From contig CAZHSN010000009.1 in NCBI GenBank assembly GCA_964535125.1, forward strand, positions 1-33,834: DNA of 33,834 bases, in the 5' to 3' direction. The notes beneath the pieces are model-generated. The model worked only from the letters and a program-made list of their open reading frames with translations. It searched no databases and had not been told where the DNA came from. Position numbers and translations under genes: made by a program. Shown piece by piece: positions 1 through 8,203 of this stretch. The DNA is from an uncultured bacterium. GTDB lineage: Bacteria > Armatimonadota > HRBIN16. Positions within the stretch are counted from its first letter, which is position 1. Every line of letters begins with the position of its first letter.

Positions 1-87
1 GCTACGGTCCGCAGTAGCGCCCGGGCTGCCGCCGACGAACCAGCCGCAGACGCATCGGCGCCCGCCGCCGAGACGACTGAGGCCTAA
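1..87 (+). CDS. Possible 3' end of an upstream gene, partial, C-terminal Ala/Pro-rich tail. Frame 1 is open from the window edge to TAA at 85-87.
   Basis: Frame 1 has no stop from nt 1 to TAA 85-87 and translates to ...ATVRSSARAAADEPAADASAPAAETTEA*. A hairpin follows at 98-128. It is only 29 codons and low-complexity, so it is weakly supported. Confidence 0.2.
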   Translation, partial: ATVRSSARAAADEPAADASAPAAETTEA

Positions 88-97
88 TCACATGATG

Positions 98-128
98 CAG
101 GGCCGTGCGGAGAGTTCCACCGGCCCTG
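98..128 (+). terminator. Candidate intrinsic terminator hairpin: 8-bp stem CAGGGCCG/CGGCCCTG with a 15-nt loop, followed by TTCTCCCCTT.
   Basis: The inverted repeat is read directly at 98-105 and 121-128. The downstream tract is T/C-rich rather than a clean U-tract. It lies between the putative upstream ORF end (87) and the next start (160). Confidence 0.3.
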
Positions 129-159
129 TTCTCCCCTTGCCAACGGGCGATCTGAGACC

Positions 160-1380
160 ATGCCCCTGATTGTATTTCGCCTGACTGCTTATATTGCAGG
201 CTTGTGCGTGGGTTTATGGGTCCTGTTTACCAGCCGAGACGCCCTGGTGCCGGTGGGTCTCGCCATCGGTCTGGCGGTTCTGATGGACCGTCCTGTCAGC
301 GCCATGGAGCGCCGGCGTGTTCCCCGAGCCGTCTCCATACTGATCTGTGTCAGCATCCTGGCAGCGTTCATTGCGGGCGCTTTGCTGTTGCTGGCTCCTC
401 CGGCAGCGGAGCAGGTGCGTATGCTCTCCAGGTTGTTGCCTTCGTACACCCGGTATTTGTTGACGGATGGAGAGCAGTACATTACGGCCGAACTGCAAAA
501 GCTGGCGCCTCAATTGGATCGACTCGGCATTTCCACCGACGAGATAGCCAAGCAAGTATCCGGTCCGGTGTCACAGTATATCGGACAACTCGCTGGCGGT
601 CTGGCTAACACCATCACCGGGTTGCTGGCCAGCGCCATCTGGTTTGTCATCTGTCCCATCATTACGGTCTTCACGCTGGTTGACATGCCGCGGCTGCGCC
701 GGTGGTGGGTGCATGTGGCGTCACCAACCCGCCAAACCTCCTTGACGACAGTTGTGGGTATCTTGGGAGGCGTGTGGTCCGGTTATTTAAGAGGGATCGG
801 TCTGACCGCTCTACTGTATGGAAGCACCGTAGGTGTCTTGTTCTACGTGCTGGGAGTTCGATTCTGGCTGGTGCTGGGTATGATGGCCGCCGCACTGTAC
901 ATCGTTCCGTATATCGGTTCGTTAACAACCATGAGCGTGTCGGCTGCGGTCGCGTTTTACACGGATGCGCATACCGTGTTGTGGATTTGGGATGTGCCTG
1001 CTTACTCATGGCAATACGCATTAGTCGTGGTAGGCGCATGCGCCGTCAGTAACTTCGTCTTCGACCAGGTGGTGACGCCCCGACTGGCGGGCGGATCGGC
1101 CGGCTTAAGTCCACTCGCCAGCGTGCTGGCGCTGGTTGTGGGATCCCAGCTGATGGGCATCTGGGGTATGTTGCTGGCTATCCCGGTAACGGCGTGCATA
1201 TGGGCAATGATAACCCATGTCTATCCTCACCTGACGTTACCGTCTGCGGTATCGCCGCCGGTCGAAGAGACGGAGACGGCGCAAACGGTAGAGGCGGACG
1301 ATCCGTCAGGTCAACCGGACCACGAAAGCGCTTCGGACGCAATCACATCGAACGACAGCGAGCCAACAGCACCCGCCTGA
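160..1380 (+). CDS. AI-2E family transporter (PerM/UPF0118-like permease) with an acidic low-complexity C-terminal tail.
   Basis: 406-aa ORF with about 8 predicted hydrophobic segments. N-terminal MPLIVFRLTAYIAGLCVGLWVLF and the conserved distal region GLLASAIWFVICPIITVFTLVDMPRL...LLAIPVTACIWAMI are typical of the AI-2E/PerM family. The tail is E/D/T-rich. Confidence 0.7.
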   Translation: MPLIVFRLTAYIAGLCVGLWVLFTSRDALVPVGLAIGLAVLMDRPVSAMERRRVPRAVSILICVSILAAFIAGALLLLAPPAAEQVRMLSRLLPSYTRYLLTDGEQYITAELQKLAPQLDRLGISTDEIAKQVSGPVSQYIGQLAGGLANTITGLLASAIWFVICPIITVFTLVDMPRLRRWWVHVASPTRQTSLTTVVGILGGVWSGYLRGIGLTALLYGSTVGVLFYVLGVRFWLVLGMMAAALYIVPYIGSLTTMSVSAAVAFYTDAHTVLWIWDVPAYSWQYALVVVGACAVSNFVFDQVVTPRLAGGSAGLSPLASVLALVVGSQLMGIWGMLLAIPVTACIWAMITHVYPHLTLPSAVSPPVEETETAQTVEADDPSGQPDHESASDAITSNDSEPTAPA

Positions 1381-2312
1381 TACTGCTCCCATCCTGCAGC
1401 CGCGATCATTGCGGCGTTGTCCGTGCAAAGAGACAGCGGTGGCGCTACGGCATGCACACCGCGGGCTGTGGCCATCTCTTGAATACGCGCTTTCAATGCG
1501 CTGTTGGCCGCTACGCCACCGCAGATCGCAACCCGGGGGACGCCGCTACGTTCTGAAGCATCCAGCAGCCGGATGCTCAACACATCAACGATGGCTTCCT
1601 GAAACACAGCGGCAGCATCGGCGACGGTAACCGGTTCACCAGACTGAAGTCGGCGCCATAACGCCGTCTTGACACCGCTGAAACTAAAATCCAGACTCCC
1701 CTCCTCCAACCAGGCGCGGGGCAGTGTGAATGCGTTTGCCCGTCCGTCGCGTGCGGCACGGTCGATCAAGGGACCTCCCGGGTATCCCAACCCCAGCATG
1801 CGCGCGGCTTTATCAAACGCCTCGCCGGCCGCATCGTCGCGTGTGCGTCCCAGAACGTGACCGTGTACTGGCGACATCACGTGATGTAGTTCCGTGTGCC
1901 CTCCCGATACTACCAGACATATGTACGGGTACTCTAACGAGGAGTCGGCCAAGCGGGCTGCGGCCATATGTCCCATCAGATGGTGAACCGGTATCACCGG
2001 TCGCTGAATCATCCAGCCCAGTGCCTTGGCAGCGCTGACGCCAACCATCAGCGAACCGACCAGTCCAGGCCTGTTGGTGACCGCAATCAAATCTATCTGA
2101 TGCAGACGCAGCGCACATTCCCGTACGACGTATTCGACCAGTGCGATGATCTGTTCTACATGATGGCGTGCAGCGACTTCAGGAACGACCCCGCCGGTCA
2201 GTGCGTGGAGGTCTACTTGCGAGGCGGTGCGGTTGGCCAATATGCGGCGGCCGTCCTCAAGCAGTGCTACAGACGTGTCGTCACAACTGGTTTCTATACC
2301 CAGTACCAGCAT
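1311..2312 (-). CDS. tsaD: tRNA N6-adenosine threonylcarbamoyltransferase TsaD (Kae1/Gcp family).
   Basis: Contains MLVLGIETSCDDTSVALLEDG, ...HHLMGHMAAARL..., ...VVSGGHTELHH... and ...VAICGGVAANSALKA, the hallmark TsaD motifs. The ORF-track start (2486) was trimmed to the ATG at 2312-2310, which begins the conserved MLVLGIETSCDD N-terminus and forms an ATGA overlap with the rimI stop. Confidence 0.9.
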   Translation of the reverse strand: MLVLGIETSCDDTSVALLEDGRRILANRTASQVDLHALTGGVVPEVAARHHVEQIIALVEYVVRECALRLHQIDLIAVTNRPGLVGSLMVGVSAAKALGWMIQRPVIPVHHLMGHMAAARLADSSLEYPYICLVVSGGHTELHHVMSPVHGHVLGRTRDDAAGEAFDKAARMLGLGYPGGPLIDRAARDGRANAFTLPRAWLEEGSLDFSFSGVKTALWRRLQSGEPVTVADAAAVFQEAIVDVLSIRLLDASERSGVPRVAICGGVAANSALKARIQEMATARGVHAVAPPLSLCTDNAAMIAAAGWEQYQAGAVGSLSFDVIASEALSWSG

Positions 2313-2797
2313 CAGCGTTCCTCGGCTGCGGAGTTGGGCGTGAGCGTGCGGTCCATCACAAGCGCGTCTTCTCCTGTAGACGCATAGTAGTTGCTTCTGA
2401 TGCCTTTGGTGACAAACCCTAATGAATGATACAGGTTCTGAGCTGCTGTGTTGCCAACCGCAACCTCCAGATAGATGAATGTACATCCTTCCGCATTGGC
2501 CAGCTCAATCAGGTAGCTGAGTAGCCTGCGTCCCACGCCACATCTGCGGCGCCGGGGATCCACGGCGATTTTGGTGACGTGAGCTTCGTCGCAAACCACC
2601 CACATGCCTGCGAATCCACAGACCGACCCGTCTGCGTCGAGTGCGACGACATACCGGGCCGGCCCGAAACTCAACTCAGACTGATATGTGGACCGCCTCC
2701 AAGGACGCGGAAAGCATTGGGCGTCTATGGCGGCGACGGCGTCGATCGTGTCAAGTGACAGCGACTCAATAGCATATGGTGTATCTTGAGTGGTCAT
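2312..2797 (-). CDS. rimI: Ribosomal-protein-alanine N-acetyltransferase RimI (GNAT).
   Basis: 161-aa GNAT fold with FIYLEVAVGNTAAQNLYHSLGF and acetyl-CoA-binding RRRCGVGRRLL. It sits immediately upstream of tsaD with a 4-nt ATGA overlap, the conserved rimI-tsaD arrangement. Confidence 0.8.
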   Translation of the reverse strand: MTTQDTPYAIESLSLDTIDAVAAIDAQCFPRPWRRSTYQSELSFGPARYVVALDADGSVCGFAGMWVVCDEAHVTKIAVDPRRRRCGVGRRLLSYLIELANAEGCTFIYLEVAVGNTAAQNLYHSLGFVTKGIRSNYYASTGEDALVMDRTLTPNSAAEER

Positions 2798-2825
2798 TAG
2801 CGATACGCAGGCTCGTTCACTGTGG

Positions 2826-4169
2826 CTACGGGATCACGACAGGGGTGGATGACACGGTATAGGAAATCCCATCCATCTGTGCGGTCACATCGGCGTAGAA
2901 CCCAAGCGTCTGTCCCGGTGTCGGCAGATCAAGCACCGTCTCAAAGGTCTTTTTGGACCGATCACCGGTCATCGGCATGCTCTTCAGTACGGCCTGGCGC
3001 AGATCACGGGACTCGTGAACGGTGTACCACAACTGACAACTGATTGCAGGAACCGGGACGGTACATCGCACTTTCAGCCTGTTGCCGTCCCTGGAGGTGA
3101 AGAGCTGGGGTGCAACCAGTGTCTTTTTCGTTATCACAGACCTGTGCAGCGCGGCGATACCGGATACGACCCGCTCGTACGCGTTGTTGAGACCATGCCC
3201 TGCGTTGGGTGCGATGGTGATCGTCGTGGGACCCTTCAGGTGATCCAGGTAGAGACGGGCCGAGTCAAACACCCAGTAAGGGTCATTGGCGCCGTTGATG
3301 ATCAGTTTTGGCTGCGTCAGTCGGCTTCGGTAACTCAGCGGGTCTACTATACGCACCAGTTCCTTGCCGGCTTCTGTGTCAAACATCTCCGTCAAGTTCA
3401 AGCTGCTGTAGTCATGGATCTGCTCGCTGGTCGTACCATACGCCCGTTTCTGCAGGGCGATCTGTTGAGCCAGACCGAGGTTGTCATATACAATGGGCGC
3501 CAGAGCGGTCACTCGTTTGTCGCAAGCCGCCGTCAGCCAGGTTGTCCAACCCCGCTTGGATGCGCCGGTAACCAGAAATGACCGGAGTTTTATCGCCCAA
3601 GTCTTCTCTACCGCCTCTTGGATGGCTGTCATAGAGTAGACCGCGGCCCGTGTCATGGGCAGCAAGGCAGGCCAAGTGGTATCACCGGTTTCCGCAAAGC
3701 GGGCGAACGAGAACGCGATGAGCGCATCCTCACGCAGGCCGTCAAACAACGGTTGACAAGGCACATTACCCAGAACCGCAACCACCGCTCCGGCTCTGTC
3801 AGCAAGCAAGCGCATCAACGCGCCCTCGGCTCCCCGGCCGGCTCCGTCACCCGTGATCCATAAAACCGCCGGGCTGTTCGGCCGCAGTTCGCGCGGTTTG
3901 ATGACCATCACCTGATGCGTCCAGGTCGTCCCATGCCATGTCCCTGATGTGACGGTCATTGACAGAACGCTGGAGTCCTGTGATGATATAGTCCATTGCT
4001 GAATGGGATCCGGTGTCTGTACGTATTTCGCCAACACACCGTTATCAGTCACGGGTGGGTCCCCGTTCCACGTACCCGTCACACGCTCCCACGGGGCGGT
4101 ACAAGCGGTCGTCACTAACCCAATAGCCAGTGTGGCCGTCAGTACGCCGGCACGCAGTGACCTGTACAT
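2826..4169 (-). CDS. Lipoprotein alpha/beta-hydrolase-fold enzyme, resembling the PhoPQ-activated pathogenicity-related (PqaA-like) peptidase/esterase family.
   Basis: Signal peptide plus putative lipobox (LVTTAC). Nucleophile-elbow-like GASKRGWTTW and distal LIINGANDPYW...APNAGHGL are characteristic of that hydrolase family. SD AAGGAGG lies 8 nt upstream of the ATG at 4169. Confidence 0.5.
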   Translation of the reverse strand: MYRSLRAGVLTATLAIGLVTTACTAPWERVTGTWNGDPPVTDNGVLAKYVQTPDPIQQWTISSQDSSVLSMTVTSGTWHGTTWTHQVMVIKPRELRPNSPAVLWITGDGAGRGAEGALMRLLADRAGAVVAVLGNVPCQPLFDGLREDALIAFSFARFAETGDTTWPALLPMTRAAVYSMTAIQEAVEKTWAIKLRSFLVTGASKRGWTTWLTAACDKRVTALAPIVYDNLGLAQQIALQKRAYGTTSEQIHDYSSLNLTEMFDTEAGKELVRIVDPLSYRSRLTQPKLIINGANDPYWVFDSARLYLDHLKGPTTITIAPNAGHGLNNAYERVVSGIAALHRSVITKKTLVAPQLFTSRDGNRLKVRCTVPVPAISCQLWYTVHESRDLRQAVLKSMPMTGDRSKKTFETVLDLPTPGQTLGFYADVTAQMDGISYTVSSTPVVIP

Positions 4170-4263
4170 CGCATGCGCCTCCTTGTTAACCTGTCAGTAA
4201 TAACCATTGTGGCATCAGTCCCATGTCGGATGCCACCTCAGCACATGCTAATAGGAGCGAACG

Positions 4264-6378
4264 ATGCGTCTGCGACACATATGGCTGACCGTTGCCGCGG
4301 TGATCACTGGAGGCGCGCCGACCTGGGCTTCCCCCTGGTTTGAGCCGCTGGCCCAAGATGACAAGGCGATTGTTGTGTATTGGGGGCAGCAAACGCCGCC
4401 GCTTAAACTTGAGCGGGACGGACAGGAGATTGCCACGATAGAACAGGTATCAGGCCATTTCCGCGACACTGGCGTTCGACCGGGAACGATACATCAGTAC
4501 CGTATCACCGGTATGTCCGCATCCCGCGAGGTACTGTCAGAGCGGCTGTATGATACGCCGGTGGTCACGGAACCTTATGATGTCGTGGTTGTCGGTGGAA
4601 GCGCTTCCGGTGTCGGCGCGGCTGTCTCTGCAGCACGCCGAGGGGTGCGTGTATTGCTGATCGAGGACAGCACACAGCCGGGCGGCATGATCAGCAACGG
4701 TGTCAGTGCGACCGACTTGCGCGTGCCGGCACGGGCCAATGGCTTGTTCGACGAGTTCCGTCGATTGGTCGTACAGCACTACGGCACGGGAAACGGACTG
4801 ACTTACGAGCCAAAAGTGGCGCTTCGGATTATCAAACAGTTGGTCAGACGCCACCCCAACATCCATCTGGCGGCCCCTTGGCGCGTTGACTCCGTGCAAG
4901 TAGACCAAGGGCGCATCCTTTCGGCACGCTTCCGGTCGCTGCGGGACGGCCGATCCGTGTGCGTAACCGGTAAGGTGTGGATCGACGCAACGCTGGATGG
5001 GGCGCTGCTCCCGTTAGCCGGTACGCCGTTCCGGTATGGCCGAGAACCCAGATCGGAACGAGAACCGCATGCAGGACACATCATCCTGGACAGGGCGGCG
5101 GATCTGTATCTGCCCGGAAGTACCGGACGGGGTGACAACAAGCTTCAGTCTTTCGCCTACTTGTTGGCGCTGCGTGACTTTGGCGAAGGAAATCAAGCGC
5201 CGATGATCCCGATGCCTCCGCACTACGATCCGGCGAACTATCAACACACCCCCCCATTCCGCGAGTCATGGGCCCATCTGTATGGTCGTTTCCCGGGCAG
5301 CAAGTTGGAGATGAACCAGCATCCCCAAGGCAATGGTCTGCAGGAGATCAACCATCGATGGATATCAATGACCCAGCGGGAGCGTGACGCCGTGGCGCGC
5401 CGGTACCGTGACCATGCGCGGGGATACCTGTACTACATGCAGAATGTGATGGGACTAACGCACATCGGGTTGGCGGAGGATGAGTATCCCGATAATGACA
5501 ACACACCCCATGTGTTGTATGTCCGTGGCGCTCGACGCCTGCACGGCATGGTTACCATGGATCAGTCTGATGTCTGGCTGGCTCGCGTGTGGCCGCGTGA
5601 AGATGCTGTGGCCATTGGAGACTATCCCATGGACTCACATGCGGTTCACCGGAAGACGGACTGGACCACGCCTGACATGGGAGAGGGCGAGTTTTGGCTG
5701 TTCCGCCAGACGCCGTGGTATTCCGTTCCTTGGGGAGTGATGGTTCCCCGTTCTGGACCCGGCAATCTGTTGGTCAGTACAGCCGTTTCGGGTACGCATG
5801 TCGGCTACGGCACGCTCCGCATGGAGCCAGTGCGCATGAATATGGGGCAGGCCGCCGGGGCGGCGGCCGCCTTAATGGCGCTGGGCGGTATGACAGCCAA
5901 ACAGGTGCCGGTACACGCCGTTCAGGAGATGATGCTGAACGACGATGTGCTGCTGGCGTTCCACCCGGATCTGCCGGCGGCCGGGATACGGCGCAAGGCG
6001 GTGCAGTTCCTGACCATACGCGGTGTGATTGCAGAAGAGCGCTGCGATCCGGATGGCGCGCTAACAACCGAACAGATGGCGCGATGGTTCCTCTGCCTGA
6101 ACCGTCCAGAAGGACGCACATGGATCCATGAGACTTTTGCACAGCTGAGATCAATCGCTGCTGGAGACGGGCTCACTCTGGATGGCGATGCATCGGCCGT
6201 GGTGGATCGGGCGACGTTATTGAGGGCTGTTGAGCGTCTGGTACCGGATACCGATCCGATCAAGTCGATCCGCTTGCGTGCGGTCCAGCGCGTGGTCAAC
6301 GCTGCGGATGGCGCTCAGGTGTCCCGGGGAGAGGCGGCTGTGGCGTTGTACTTGGCTCTATACCGGCCTGCCTGGTAA
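4264..6378 (+). CDS. Secreted FAD-dependent oxidoreductase (FAD_oxidored/PF12831-like) with a ~200-aa C-terminal extension.
   Basis: N-terminal signal peptide (MRLRHIWLTVAAVITGGAPTWASP). Rossmann dinucleotide-binding motif DVVVVGGSASGVGAAVSAARRGVRVLLIE (GxGxxG). SD AGGAGCGAACG before the ATG at 4264. Confidence 0.75.
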   Translation: MRLRHIWLTVAAVITGGAPTWASPWFEPLAQDDKAIVVYWGQQTPPLKLERDGQEIATIEQVSGHFRDTGVRPGTIHQYRITGMSASREVLSERLYDTPVVTEPYDVVVVGGSASGVGAAVSAARRGVRVLLIEDSTQPGGMISNGVSATDLRVPARANGLFDEFRRLVVQHYGTGNGLTYEPKVALRIIKQLVRRHPNIHLAAPWRVDSVQVDQGRILSARFRSLRDGRSVCVTGKVWIDATLDGALLPLAGTPFRYGREPRSEREPHAGHIILDRAADLYLPGSTGRGDNKLQSFAYLLALRDFGEGNQAPMIPMPPHYDPANYQHTPPFRESWAHLYGRFPGSKLEMNQHPQGNGLQEINHRWISMTQRERDAVARRYRDHARGYLYYMQNVMGLTHIGLAEDEYPDNDNTPHVLYVRGARRLHGMVTMDQSDVWLARVWPREDAVAIGDYPMDSHAVHRKTDWTTPDMGEGEFWLFRQTPWYSVPWGVMVPRSGPGNLLVSTAVSGTHVGYGTLRMEPVRMNMGQAAGAAAALMALGGMTAKQVPVHAVQEMMLNDDVLLAFHPDLPAAGIRRKAVQFLTIRGVIAEERCDPDGALTTEQMARWFLCLNRPEGRTWIHETFAQLRSIAAGDGLTLDGDASAVVDRATLLRAVERLVPDTDPIKSIRLRAVQRVVNAADGAQVSRGEAAVALYLALYRPAW

Positions 6379-6386
6379 GCAATGCG

Positions 6387-6420
6387 GAATGCCCTGTCAG
6401 CCTGGGCTGACAGGGCATTC
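6387..6420. terminator. Perfect 15-bp stem hairpin (GAATGCCCTGTCAGC-CTGG-GCTGACAGGGCATTC), a candidate bidirectional terminator between convergent genes.
   Basis: Read directly from the sequence. It lies 9 nt after the TAA of the FAD oxidoreductase and 26 nt after the minus-strand small ORF. It is flanked by AAAAG on + and TTTTG on -. Confidence 0.5.
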
Positions 6421-6445
6421 AAAAGATGCGGGACAGCGTATGTGC

Positions 6446-6736
6446 CTACTCGTCCCCTGCGGCTCCGCGCTTTTTCATGCTCGGCGCATCTTCATCGTCT
6501 GAACTGGAACTGCTGGGTGTTGGAGCGGCGGCTCCCGATGCAGCGGGCATGCCGGGCATCGTCATGGCCGGGGTTCCCGGCGCAGCGGCCGATGGGGCCG
6601 CAGGGGCAGCCGGAGCGGCTCCGCCGGCAACCGGCATCATCTTGTTGCCCAGCACGACAAAGACCACCATCATGACCAGTCCAACAGCCAGCACGATGAT
6701 GCTGACGACATCGAACTGCGCTCCGGATTTTTTCAT
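6446..6736 (-). CDS. Small (96 aa) membrane-anchored Ala/Pro/Gly-rich low-complexity protein, hypothetical.
   Basis: MKKSG followed by a single TM segment (VVSIIVLAVGLVMMVVFVVLG), then A/P/G-rich tail and an acidic end. SD-like AAGGCGGTGA lies 5-8 nt upstream of the ATG. The overlapping plus-strand ORFs lack TM segments or SD motifs. Confidence 0.4.
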   Translation of the reverse strand: MKKSGAQFDVVSIIVLAVGLVMMVVFVVLGNKMMPVAGGAAPAAPAAPSAAAPGTPAMTMPGMPAASGAAAPTPSSSSSDDEDAPSMKKRGAAGDE

Positions 6737-6759
6737 CGAATCACCGCCTTAAGGTAGAC

Positions 6760-6781
6760 AGATACCAGATGTATGGTATCT
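6760..6781. promoter_or_regulatory. Inverted repeat AGATACCA-gatgta-TGGTATCT, 24 nt upstream of the small-ORF start codon. Candidate operator or 5'-UTR hairpin.
   Basis: 8-bp perfect arms with a 6-nt spacer, seen directly. It is AT-rich relative to the surrounding DNA. Confidence 0.25.
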
Positions 6782-6822
6782 TGCGGCTGTCTGAGTGTCA
6801 ACCGTCCTGTGTGCTGTGTGTT

Positions 6823-8202
6823 TCACGGTTGCTCACGCAACCGGTATTGGTAGTTCGGATTGGCAAACGGCGTCAGCGCGCCGGTTTGGCGCAAGAAGAT
6901 GTCGATGCTCTTGTTCATCGCTGAGACCTGGCCGGGTTGTCTAGATGCGAGGTTTACGGTCTCACCTGGGTCACGGCGCAGGTCGTACAGCTCCAGCCGG
7001 TCGCTCTGGTCCGGGTTGTCCGCGAAGAAGCGGATTAGTTTCCACTGGTCCTGATACGCAGCACATGCGGGCAGATTGCCGGTTGCCGGTACATAGTGGG
7101 GAAAATGAACATGCAGCGTACGAGGCTTGAGCGGTTTCCCATGAAGCGTCGGCGCCAGACTGAAACCGTCGAACCGGACGCCTGCCGGCTGCCGTATGCG
7201 CGCCAGTTCCAGCAATGTGGGGGCTATGTCGATACTCATGACCCGCTCTGAGCTGACACGGCCCGGGGGAACACGTCCCGGCCAACTGATGGACATCGGA
7301 ACTCTCACGCCGCCATCGTAGATGTTGCCCTTACCGCTGCGCAGCGGCGCGTTGTTGGTTGGAGGCATCCCTTCGACCCGGTCGTACATGTTCCCGCCAT
7401 TGTCAGAGACGAACAGCACGATGGTATTGGCCGTCAGCTCCAGACGATCTAGCGCCAGCATCAGGCGACCGATGGCGTCATCCATGGCGCCGATCATTGC
7501 GGACATGATCGGGTTGCGTTGGTCTCCGGAGCTCGGAACACGGCTGCGTTCCGCCTCGATGCGGGCGGCTTCAGCCTGAAACGGCGCATGTACCGAAAAC
7601 GTCCAAAACGCCATGAACCAGGGCGCGTCCCGATTCGCTTCCAGAAAGTGTTCGGCTTCTGTGGTCAACCGGTTGTCGATATGCTCTCCGGGCGCTCCAT
7701 CTGCGTAGTCGCGCATCTTCCATGGGGATAAGAAACTGGGAGGACCCGGATAACTGCCGCCAGGGGCTACCGTATCAAATCCCTGCGCCTTCTGGTCATA
7801 CGGCGGCCATCCGAGATGCCACTTGCCGAAATGGGCGGTGGCATAACCGGCCTGTTTAAACATCTCGGCCAGTGTGACAGCCTCCAAAGGCAGACGCGTA
7901 GACGAAGGCGCCTGCACCGCTCGAAAACGGGGCGGCGCCTGTTTCGGCATGGATGGCGTCAGTACCTCTTGGGCGAGATGGCCGTTGGGTGCGGTGAATC
8001 CGAACCGGGTCGGGTACATGCCCGTCAGTATGCTGGCGCGCGTGGGTGAACAGAGTGGATTGGCGGAGTACGCATCGGTATACCGGACGCCCGACCGCAT
8101 CAGGGCGTCTATGTTGGGAGTACGGTAGTAGCGGCTTCCATACAGCGATGTGTCCATCCAGCCAAGGTCATCAGCCAGAATGAGCAGCACATTTGGTTTC
8201 AT
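6823..8202 (-). CDS. Cys-type sulfatase (arylsulfatase / N-acetylhexosamine-sulfatase family), apparently without a signal peptide.
   Basis: MKPNVLLILADDLGWMDTSLYG...LCSPTRASILTGMYP carries the sulfatase signature C-x-P-x-R (formylglycine site) and the metal-binding DD motif. Start re-placed to the ATG at 8202, which is preceded by GAAGGAGGCTGAG. The upstream extension in the ORF track has no SD and no hydrophobic leader. Confidence 0.9.
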   Translation of the reverse strand: MKPNVLLILADDLGWMDTSLYGSRYYRTPNIDALMRSGVRYTDAYSANPLCSPTRASILTGMYPTRFGFTAPNGHLAQEVLTPSMPKQAPPRFRAVQAPSSTRLPLEAVTLAEMFKQAGYATAHFGKWHLGWPPYDQKAQGFDTVAPGGSYPGPPSFLSPWKMRDYADGAPGEHIDNRLTTEAEHFLEANRDAPWFMAFWTFSVHAPFQAEAARIEAERSRVPSSGDQRNPIMSAMIGAMDDAIGRLMLALDRLELTANTIVLFVSDNGGNMYDRVEGMPPTNNAPLRSGKGNIYDGGVRVPMSISWPGRVPPGRVSSERVMSIDIAPTLLELARIRQPAGVRFDGFSLAPTLHGKPLKPRTLHVHFPHYVPATGNLPACAAYQDQWKLIRFFADNPDQSDRLELYDLRRDPGETVNLASRQPGQVSAMNKSIDIFLRQTGALTPFANPNYQYRLREQP

Positions 8203-8203
8203 C

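Noticed and set aside
2313-2486. N-terminal 58-aa extension of the tsaD ORF
   Set aside because: The conserved TsaD N-terminus MLVLGIETSCDD begins at the internal ATG (2312). The extension overlaps rimI, is Arg/Cys/His-rich, and is not TsaD-like.
6382-6752. Plus-strand ORFs (97 and 108 aa) overlapping the small minus-strand Ala/Pro-rich gene
   Set aside because: Equally low-complexity, but they lack an SD and a TM segment. The minus-strand frame has an SD plus MKK-TM architecture and was preferred, though neither is certain.
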